Shown in pieces: positions 57,169 to 64,000 of a DNA stretch of 64,000 nt. The notes below the pieces were generated by a model. It did not search any database. It had not been told where the DNA came from and saw only the letters and a list, made by a program, of their open reading frames with translations. The DNA is from Candidatus Woesearchaeota archaeon (lineage in GTDB: Archaea; Nanobdellota; Nanobdellia; Woesearchaeales; WJIZ01), in contig JAGVYS010000002.1 of the NCBI GenBank assembly GCA_018303125.1, positions 6,600 to 70,599 of the forward strand. Reading direction: 5' to 3'. Position 1 is the first letter of the stretch. The number at the start of each line of letters is the position of its first letter. Position numbers and translations under genes: made by a program.

Positions 57169-57954
57169 ATGGGAAAATACAAAGTCGTCATTTTATGCGG
57201 TGGAATGGGAACTAGGCTAAGGGAAGAGACAGAATTCAGGCCAAAGCCCATGGTCGAGATAAATGAAAAGCCAATTTTGTGGCACATCATGAAACATTAT
57301 GCATATCATGGCTATAACGATTTTATACTATGTTCGGGCTATAAAGGCGAGATGATAAAAGAATACTTCCTTAACTACAAATGGAAAAGCAATAATTTTA
57401 CGCTCCACATGAAAACCGGAGAACTGGATAGGAAAAACCACAAGAACGACATAGAAGATTGGCACATTACATTTGTTGATACTGGCAAGGAAACTCCCAC
57501 AGGAGGAAGGATAAAGAAAATAGAGAAGTACATAAATGAGGATAATTTCCTTGCGACTTACGGTGATGGTGTTTCAGACGTAGACATAAAAAAAGTAGTG
57601 AAGTTCCATCAGGATAACGGAAAAATAGCTACAATAACAGGATTGCACCCATGGTCGAAATATGGAACTGTGCATATAGACAGTAACAGTCATGTTGTGA
57701 GATTCGTTGAGAAGCCTGTCCTGAAAGACCTAATTAATGGTGGATTTTTCGTTTTTAAGAAGGATATTTTTAAGTATTTAGATGAGGATAGCCTACTAGA
57801 GAAGGAGCCATTCGAAAATCTTGCCAAGGATGGCGAAATAGCCCTATACAGGCATGATGGATTCTGGCATTGCATGGACACTTATAAAGACGTTCTTGAC
57901 CTTAACAAGATGTGTGAAGGAAAGGACCCCCCATGGAAAGTCTGGAAAGAATAA
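57169..57954 (+). CDS. rfbF: glucose-1-phosphate cytidylyltransferase
   Basis: MGKYKVVILCGGMGTRLREETEFRPKPMVEINEKPILWHIMKHY is near-identical in pattern to RfbF/DdhA. Confidence 0.85.
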   Translation: MGKYKVVILCGGMGTRLREETEFRPKPMVEINEKPILWHIMKHYAYHGYNDFILCSGYKGEMIKEYFLNYKWKSNNFTLHMKTGELDRKNHKNDIEDWHITFVDTGKETPTGGRIKKIEKYINEDNFLATYGDGVSDVDIKKVVKFHQDNGKIATITGLHPWSKYGTVHIDSNSHVVRFVEKPVLKDLINGGFFVFKKDIFKYLDEDSLLEKEPFENLAKDGEIALYRHDGFWHCMDTYKDVLDLNKMCEGKDPPWKVWKE

Positions 57955-57981
57955 GGCTATGCTGGCTGAGATGTTGGATAG

Positions 57982-59028
57982 ATGAAATTTGATAATTTTT
58001 TTAGCGGAAAAAAAGTATTGATAACAGGACATACAGGCTTCAAAGGCTCATGGTTGACGATATGGCTTCTGGAGATGGGTGCAAAGGTAATAGGATACAG
58101 TCTTGACCCCTACAAAAATGGGGTGTTTGACAAAGCTAACCTGAAAGAAAAAATAGTGGATATTAGGGCAGATATAAGGGATTTCTCGAAACTTGAAAAT
58201 GTATTTGTTGAGCATAAGCCAGACATAGTGATACATATGGCTGCACAGGCCATAACAAGGCATTCTTATGATGAGCCAAGAGAGACATTTGAAACTAACA
58301 TAATGGGAAGCGTTAATATCCTTGAATGCATAAGAATGCATCCTGTAAAATCTGCTGTGATTATAACAAGCGACAAATGCTACAAGAATAAGGAGATAAA
58401 AAACGGCTACATTGAATCTGATGAAATGAGTGACAAAGATCCTTACAGTTGCAGCAAAGGCTGCACAGAGCTTATTGTCGGGTCATATAGGAACTCATTT
58501 GGTATAAAAATTCCATCAGCAAGAGCAGGCAATGTAATTGGCGGAGGGGATTGGGGAATGGACAGGCTTGTGCCTGACATAGTAAGGTCATTGAAAAACA
58601 ATGAAGAGATTGCTATAAGGAACCCTGACTCCGTAAGGCCGTGGCAGTTTGTTCTTGAGCCATTATCAGGCTACCTGCTTTTGGCGAAAATGCAGTATAA
58701 TGGTAAAAGTGTAAGCGAAGGATGGAATTTTGGCCCTGAACATGATTCAATGGTGTCTGTGAAGGAGCTTGCAAGGATGATTATAAAGGAGTGGAGATAT
58801 GGAAAGATAAAATATTATCATGATGCATCCAAAAAAAAGGAAGCCGGATTGCTTTATCTCAACTGTGGCAAATCCAAAAAAAATCTAGGATGGAAACCTA
58901 GCGTGGATATTGCCAAGACTGTTTCATGGATTGTTGAATGGTACAAAAACTATGAAAAAAAGGATGCGTATGCGTTGTGTGTGAAGCAGATTAAGGAATA
59001 TGAAAAATCTGGAACAGGTAAAGATTAG
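57982..59028 (+). CDS. rfbG: CDP-glucose 4,6-dehydratase
   Basis: FFSGKKVLITGHTGFKGSWLTIWL N-terminus and SDR YxxxK (YSCSK) match RfbG/DdhB. Confidence 0.85.
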   Translation: MKFDNFFSGKKVLITGHTGFKGSWLTIWLLEMGAKVIGYSLDPYKNGVFDKANLKEKIVDIRADIRDFSKLENVFVEHKPDIVIHMAAQAITRHSYDEPRETFETNIMGSVNILECIRMHPVKSAVIITSDKCYKNKEIKNGYIESDEMSDKDPYSCSKGCTELIVGSYRNSFGIKIPSARAGNVIGGGDWGMDRLVPDIVRSLKNNEEIAIRNPDSVRPWQFVLEPLSGYLLLAKMQYNGKSVSEGWNFGPEHDSMVSVKELARMIIKEWRYGKIKYYHDASKKKEAGLLYLNCGKSKKNLGWKPSVDIAKTVSWIVEWYKNYEKKDAYALCVKQIKEYEKSGTGKD

Positions 59029-59029
59029 C

Positions 59030-59944
59030 ATGAAAACTGTGCTTGTTACAGGTGGACTTGGTTATTTAGGAAGTAAGGTATGTGAAAGATTGAAGAAAGA
59101 GGGTTATGAAGTCAGGATATTCTGCCATCGCACAAGGAATGCAGGGCTTGATGGGTTTAAGCATTTCTATGGGGATGTTCTTGAAATGGATTCTATATTA
59201 AAAGCGAGCAGAAATTGCGAATTTATAGTCCATTGTGCAGCATTGAATGAGGTAGAGTGCAGGAAAAATCCGAATAGGGCTCTTGAGATTAATGCTATTG
59301 GCACAAGGAATATGCTAGAAGCAGCATTAAGGATGGGCGTAAGAAGGTTTATCTATATCTCAACATTTCACGTTTATGGCAAGGCAAATGGCAGGATAGA
59401 TGAAAAAACATTGCCAGAGCCAAGAGATGATTACAGCATAAGCCATTATGCTGCCGAGCAATATTGTAGGCAATACAACGGACTTGGACTTGAATGTGTG
59501 ATTTTAAGGGTATCAAATGCTTACGGAGCACCGGTGAACAAAAACATCAAAAGATGGACGCTGCTTATTAACAACCTATGCATGCAGTGTGTAAACAACA
59601 ATTCAATTATTCTGAAGTCGCCAGGATGTCAAAAACGGGATTTTATCTCATTATCCGATATATCTAGTGGAGTATCTTTAGTTATGAAGAAGCCTAAGAA
59701 TGCACTTTCCGGCAGGGTCTATAACCTCGGAGGAGAAAACGCGCTCAGCCTTGTTGAAGTGGCCAAAGAAGTAGCGAGCACATATAGCCAAATGCACGGA
59801 AAGCCTATCAAGGTTGAATCACCACATAAAGGAAAGTCTGAAAAACTTTTTTTCGACATATCAATGATAAAAAAGATTGGCTACCGCCCGAAATCTAATT
59901 TTAGGGAAGAAATAAGGAAAACTTTGGAGGCTTGCTCTGAATAA
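59030..59944 (+). CDS. NAD(P)-dependent sugar epimerase/reductase of the extended SDR family (RfbJ/RfbS/CDP-tyvelose epimerase-like; ORF-track start 59000)
   Basis: MKTVLVTGGLGYLGS Rossmann motif and YxxxK (YAAEQ..., SHYAAEQYCRQY); start immediately after the rfbG stop. Confidence 0.7.
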   Translation: MKTVLVTGGLGYLGSKVCERLKKEGYEVRIFCHRTRNAGLDGFKHFYGDVLEMDSILKASRNCEFIVHCAALNEVECRKNPNRALEINAIGTRNMLEAALRMGVRRFIYISTFHVYGKANGRIDEKTLPEPRDDYSISHYAAEQYCRQYNGLGLECVILRVSNAYGAPVNKNIKRWTLLINNLCMQCVNNNSIILKSPGCQKRDFISLSDISSGVSLVMKKPKNALSGRVYNLGGENALSLVEVAKEVASTYSQMHGKPIKVESPHKGKSEKLFFDISMIKKIGYRPKSNFREEIRKTLEACSE

Positions 59945-59945
59945 G

Positions 59946-60713
59946 ATGAAACTAATGCTATTCATTCCGGCATACAAAACAGAGCATGCAATAATCTCTG
60001 TCCTTGAGAGGATTCCTGAAAACATAAGGAAAAAGGCAGCAGAGATAGTTGTAATGGACAACAGCAGCCCTGACAATCTCTTTGACAGGGTCATGGAGTA
60101 CAAAAAGAAGAAGAAAATGGCCAAGCTCAAGATATATAGGCACAGTAAAAACCTCCTATACGGCGGCAATGAAAAAGCAGGATGCGAATATGCTGTAAAG
60201 CATGGAATGGACATTGTTGTTGTTGTGCATTCTGATGGCCAGTATCCTCCAGAGCACATTGCCCAGCTTATCATGCCAATAGAGGAAGAAAAAGCAGACA
60301 CTGTCTTCGGCTCGAGGATATCTGGGAGAGGCGCACTCCGTGGTGGTATGCCTATTTGGAGGTTTTCAGGCAACATATTGCTTACTTTTGTGGAGAATTT
60401 AATAACTGGGACAAGATTCTCCGAATGGCATTCTGGCTTCAGGGCATACAGCTGCAAGGCTTTGAGAGTTCTTCCGTTCAAGGAATGCGTATCTGGGTAT
60501 GAGTGGACAACAGACATTTACCTTCTTTTCCTTGCAAACCGGTTCAGGATTGCAGAAATTCCAATCCCTACCCATTATGGTAAGGAATCTACAAGCCCTT
60601 CAATTAAAACTACTTTCCTCTACTTCTGCACATCAACTGCACTTGCGCTGAACTACCTGTTGACAAGGTTTAGGATAAGGAATATACACAAATATAGGCC
60701 AGTCAGGAAATGA
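59946..60713 (+). CDS. GT2 glycosyltransferase
   Basis: MLFIPAYKTEHAI, VVMDNSSPDN, VVVVHSDGQYPPE GT-A motifs. Confidence 0.75.
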   Translation: MKLMLFIPAYKTEHAIISVLERIPENIRKKAAEIVVMDNSSPDNLFDRVMEYKKKKKMAKLKIYRHSKNLLYGGNEKAGCEYAVKHGMDIVVVVHSDGQYPPEHIAQLIMPIEEEKADTVFGSRISGRGALRGGMPIWRFSGNILLTFVENLITGTRFSEWHSGFRAYSCKALRVLPFKECVSGYEWTTDIYLLFLANRFRIAEIPIPTHYGKESTSPSIKTTFLYFCTSTALALNYLLTRFRIRNIHKYRPVRK

Positions 60714-60715
60714 TT

Positions 60716-62527
60716 TTATTGCAATTTGTAGAATACGACCTTTTCTGTGCTGTAGATTACAGTAGAATTATCGAATACTCCATTAAAAAGGCTCTTTGCC
60801 TTTTCTGAGTAAACATAGTCTGATTTTACGCCTTCAATTATATGTGAGACATTTAGAGCTAAAATTGCTTTCCTGAGAGAATCTGGGCTGTCGAATGACT
60901 CGATATCAAGGTAAAGCTGGGTTGGTTTCGCAGATATTACAGGGTAATCTAAATAGTAGTATACTGGCTTGTTATATAGAAGAATTGTTGATATGTTAAC
61001 GACTTTGCTGTTGATGTATTTAAATTCATGAAAAGTATGGTCTGTGCTTATTTTATTAAAAAAATCATCTTCAGACTCAAGCAAGAGTCCTGGCTTAACT
61101 AGTTTCCCGTTAACGCCTGCCCAAAGCACAGAAGCAAAAACAAGGTAAGTAATCATAAGAACGGAGATTATACTCTTTGATTTCATTTCCATAATCCTAT
61201 CCAATGCAAAGCCTGCTGCCAAAGATAGGAATGGAAGAAGAAATATAGTTAGCCTCAGCTGTTGGGTATAGGTAAACCATAGCATGAATGACAATAATGT
61301 AAACACAAGGGAATAATTTAACGCTTTGTTCCGCCTGAAGAACAGGGCTATCGGAACCAGTGCCAGGAAGAAAGGGCCATAACCCAGGGTTTCTCCGAAC
61401 TTTTGTGCCATAAAGGTAAAATAAATAGGAGCCATCATAAATCCTGATATAGAATGGTCTCCCATGCCATAATTATAGAGCTTTAAAAAAATTTCATTGT
61501 ATATCTCAATGCTGAAATACTCCCCGCCGAATATATTGTAAAGTGCTGGATAAACTGGATTGCCTGTCCAGACATAATTCCTAATAAGCCAAGGAGACAT
61601 TACAGCAGCCATCACAATTCCGAATGTCATGCCTGAAAAAAATATCTTGCGGATAGAAAGTTTCCTTTCATAAAAAGAGTATCTATAAACAATGCCAAGG
61701 AACAGTATAAACATGGGAACTGCTCCATTTATCTTCACGCTACCGGCTGTGCCGGCAAAAATTCCTGCGATTAAAAGCCATGATAATTTCTGATTATCAA
61801 ACCACATGAAAAAGCTATAGCATGCTAGGAAAACAAATAATGCCAGGCTTATGTCAACAAGCGCTGCCGGAGTAAACTGCATTACTATGGGCACTGCGTA
61901 AAAAATAATAGCTGGAAAAATAGCTGATTTGGCTGATATGTGCCTGCTAAAGAAGGAGTATATTGCCAAGACGAGAAGCACTCCGATAAACCAGGAAAAA
62001 ATCTGGGATAATATACCATTTTTAAGGATATGCCCGAAAAGGAAAAGCATTTCTGTGAAAAGTGGAAAATTGTCAGTGAACATATAAGGTATGTCATCAA
62101 TGCCGTGATTCATTATGTAGGTCTTGGGTATTGACAGATGGTATGCAAGAGTATCTATCTCCCATGGAGGAGCCAAGGAAGCTATTAGGTTCATAACGAT
62201 AAGCAAGGCCAATGCAAGATGAAGAATAGAATTAAGGTCATGCCCGATTCTAAGCCTTGTAACTTTCTTTAAAAGCTCATTGATAAACTTGGTTATTCTC
62301 CCTGAAAAAATGACTAGGCCGACAACAACCATTGTGAAGAAAATCCACCTGTAAAGCAAATGCATGAATCCTAGAAAAAGTGTGGTATAGGAAATGCAAA
62401 AAAGTCCCATTGCCGTAAAGAACACATATCTCTCAAGATCGAAGCCAAATTCCACTTTCTTAAGCAAGAAAGACCCAAGGCCATATGCAAAAAGTGCGAT
62501 AGGGATGAAATATAGTATCTCTATCAT
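60716..62527 (-). CDS. polytopic membrane protein, putative GT-C-fold glycosyltransferase (ORF extends to 62734; Met at 62527 preferred)
   Basis: >12 TM helices; first periplasmic loop with acidic/aromatic motif (APPWEIDTLAYH); C-terminal soluble domain; the N-terminal 69 codons of the ORF are non-hydrophobic and probably untranslated. Confidence 0.4.
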   Translation of the reverse strand: MIEILYFIPIALFAYGLGSFLLKKVEFGFDLERYVFFTAMGLFCISYTTLFLGFMHLLYRWIFFTMVVVGLVIFSGRITKFINELLKKVTRLRIGHDLNSILHLALALLIVMNLIASLAPPWEIDTLAYHLSIPKTYIMNHGIDDIPYMFTDNFPLFTEMLFLFGHILKNGILSQIFSWFIGVLLVLAIYSFFSRHISAKSAIFPAIIFYAVPIVMQFTPAALVDISLALFVFLACYSFFMWFDNQKLSWLLIAGIFAGTAGSVKINGAVPMFILFLGIVYRYSFYERKLSIRKIFFSGMTFGIVMAAVMSPWLIRNYVWTGNPVYPALYNIFGGEYFSIEIYNEIFLKLYNYGMGDHSISGFMMAPIYFTFMAQKFGETLGYGPFFLALVPIALFFRRNKALNYSLVFTLLSFMLWFTYTQQLRLTIFLLPFLSLAAGFALDRIMEMKSKSIISVLMITYLVFASVLWAGVNGKLVKPGLLLESEDDFFNKISTDHTFHEFKYINSKVVNISTILLYNKPVYYYLDYPVISAKPTQLYLDIESFDSPDSLRKAILALNVSHIIEGVKSDYVYSEKAKSLFNGVFDNSTVIYSTEKVVFYKLQ

Positions 62528-62663
62528 TTTATGGCCCCTATGGAAAGTGCGAGTGTGTATGTGGTGGCAAGATAGTAAATAATGAAAATAGATATCGCCC
62601 AAATGATAAACATAGCTTCCTTTCTCATATTGAGCATACAAAGAGGTGATGTTAATAAAAAAC

Positions 62664-62674
62664 TTTTTATAGGC
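62664..62674 (+). promoter_or_regulatory. TATA-box-like element (CTTTTTATAGG) ~25 nt upstream of the cupin gene start, preceded by an A-rich BRE-like stretch
   Basis: Read from sequence; spacing consistent with an archaeal promoter driving a leaderless or short-leader transcript. Confidence 0.35.
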
Positions 62675-62693
62675 TCCTATAACTAGAATTAGT

Positions 62694-63152
62694 ATGAACG
62701 GCAATATTGATGGGGTTGTAGTGACACCACTCAAAAGAATCCCTGATGAGAGGGGAGCAGTCTATCATATGCTCAGAAAAGACGATTCTGTGTTTAAGCA
62801 GTTCGGTGAGGTATATTTCTCGATTGTCCATCCAGGTGCAATAAAAGCATGGCATATGCACAAGCTGATGACGCTGAACTATGCAGTTGTGGCAGGAAAG
62901 ATAAAGATGGTATTGTATGATGGAAGGAAAGACTCTAAAACTAAGGAAAACATAATGGAGATTTTTTTGGGAAAGGACAACTATTGCCTCGTTACAGTGC
63001 CTCCGGGGATTGTGAACGGTTTTAAGGGCCTGGGAAAGGAAGATTCAATTGTTGTAAACTGCGCCACACATCCACATGACCCCAATGAGATAAAAAGGAT
63101 TGACCCGTTTACGAAGGACATACCATATAACTGGGATATCAGGCATGGGTAG
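62694..63152 (+). CDS. cupin-fold NDP-4-keto-6-deoxyhexose 3,5-epimerase / ketoisomerase-like protein (RmlC/FdtA family)
   Basis: 152 aa with RmlC-like beta-barrel features (His dyad HMHK, FSIVHPGAIKAWH); sits inside the CDP-deoxysugar module. Confidence 0.5.
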   Translation: MNGNIDGVVVTPLKRIPDERGAVYHMLRKDDSVFKQFGEVYFSIVHPGAIKAWHMHKLMTLNYAVVAGKIKMVLYDGRKDSKTKENIMEIFLGKDNYCLVTVPPGIVNGFKGLGKEDSIVVNCATHPHDPNEIKRIDPFTKDIPYNWDIRHG

Positions 63153-63179
63153 GTATAGGTATTCAAACTTCTCATTCAT

Positions 63180-64000
63180 ATGAAAGATGAAATAATTAAA
63201 AAGATAATAGAGCTTGTTTCTGAGTACTATAAGGCATATCTTGCTGAGAGCAAATTCATAGCTGGTGAATCAAGGATTGACCCATCCGGAAAAATGTTCG
63301 ATGAAGAAGAATTGAAAAATGGAGTCATGGCTGTTCTTGACGGTTGGTGGACAGAAGGCAGATTCTCAGCAGAGTTCCAGGCAGAATTCAGTAAATATCT
63401 TGGAGTAAAGCATACTATACTGACAAATTCTGGTTCATCCGCGAACTTGCTTGCTTTTCATGCCCTGACATCAAAGCAGCTTGGAGAAAGAAGGATAGTT
63501 CCTGGAGATGAGGTTATAGCTGTCGCGTCATGTTTCCCAACAACAGTAAATCCCATTGTGCAATACGGCTGCATGCCTGTATTTCTTGATATAATGGACA
63601 TAAATTCTGGGCAGTACAACATAGACTGTACTCTTTTGGAGAATGCTATAACAAAAAAGACAAAAGCAATATTCCTTGCGCACACGCTTGGCAATCCATT
63701 CGATATAGGTAAGATAACAGAAATCTGCAGGAAAAATAAACTATGGCTCATAGAGGATTGCTGTGATTCTTTAGGCTCAACGTATAATGGCAAAAAAGTA
63801 GGCACTTTTGGCGATTTGGCGACATTCAGTTTCTATCCGGCACACCATATAACAATGGGAGAAGGTGGCGCTATTGTGACTAACAGCCATTTGCTCAAAA
63901 AGCTCGTAACATCATTCAGAAACTGGGGAAGGGACTGCTGGTGTGACCCTGGCAAGGACAACACATGCGGCATGAGATTCGGATGGGAGCTTGGAAAATT
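63180..64000 (+). CDS. rfbH: CDP-6-deoxy-D-xylo-4-hexulose 3-dehydrase (E1; DegT/DnrJ/EryC1 family), 5' partial running off the window
   Basis: Open frame from ATG 63180 to window end (not in the ORF track because no stop); blocks [80 protein letters not shown] colinear with Salmonella/Yersinia RfbH. Confidence 0.85.
   Translation, partial: MKDEIIKKIIELVSEYYKAYLAESKFIAGESRIDPSGKMFDEEELKNGVMAVLDGWWTEGRFSAEFQAEFSKYLGVKHTILTNSGSSANLLAFHALTSKQLGERRIVPGDEVIAVASCFPTTVNPIVQYGCMPVFLDIMDINSGQYNIDCTLLENAITKKTKAIFLAHTLGNPFDIGKITEICRKNKLWLIEDCCDSLGSTYNGKKVGTFGDLATFSFYPAHHITMGEGGAIVTNSHLLKKLVTSFRNWGRDCWCDPGKDNTCGMRFGWELGK

Noticed and set aside
63458-63805. 115-aa minus-strand ORF near the window end
   Set aside because: It lies entirely within the strongly supported rfbH reading frame on the opposite strand and is a shadow ORF.
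1-64000. Possibility that the contig is bacterial, given IspG/IspH, ADP-heptose, GT9 and rfb genes
   Set aside because: aIF2-alpha, Nop10, PAC2, GINS-like, S_layer_N/C-type S-layer, AglB with WWDYG, TATA-box promoters and a BHB-type tRNA intron are spread across the whole window on both sides of the bacterial-like genes. This argues for an archaeal genome with horizontally acquired modules. A chimeric assembly cannot be excluded without read data.
1-64000. CRISPR arrays, transposases, integrases or rRNA genes
   Set aside because: No direct-repeat/spacer periodicity, no DDE/tyrosine-recombinase-like ORFs and no rRNA-like conserved stretches were seen. The glycan island has no recognisable flanking direct repeats or integrase, so it is not called a mobile element.

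Overview
This 64-kb window comes from a low-GC archaeal genome. Archaeal identity is supported by aIF2-alpha, a Nop10 small ORF, a PAC2 proteasome chaperone, a GINS-like gene, a Methanococcales-type S-layer protein (S_layer_N/S_layer_C-like), AglB/STT3 carrying the WWDYG motif, TATA-box promoters, and an intron-containing tRNA-Trp. The first ~35 kb holds housekeeping genes, a MoxR/DUF58/vWA operon with an AbrB-family regulator, an isoprenoid trio (geranylgeranyl reductase plus strikingly bacterial-like IspG and IspH), MscS, Lrp/AsnC regulators, AhcY, an archaeal AsnA-like gene, and a cluster of large, sequon-rich surface proteins with C-terminal TM anchors. One of these surface genes appears split by a frameshift and ends in a PGF-pre-PGF-like domain. 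From ~35 kb to the window end lies a large surface-glycosylation island anchored by aglB. It contains Dol-P-sugar synthase-like GT2s, GT-C-like polytopic membrane proteins, three GT4s, a methyltransferase, and a complete bacterial-type ADP-L-glycero-beta-D-manno-heptose pathway (GmhA, HldD, a stand-alone HldE-type kinase, and a GmhB::adenylyltransferase fusion). It also contains three GT9 heptosyltransferases and a CDP-3,6-dideoxyhexose module (RfbF, RfbG, RfbH, an SDR, a cupin) that runs off the window end. Heptose and 3,6-dideoxyhexose chemistry are hallmarks of bacterial LPS. Finding them next to an archaeal oligosaccharyltransferase suggests a previously undescribed archaeal N-glycan or surface-glycan system, probably assembled by horizontal transfer. 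A divergently encoded RHH-plus-degenerate-nucleotidyltransferase protein is a candidate sugar-nucleotide-sensing regulator of the island. No CRISPR arrays, transposases or rRNA genes were seen.
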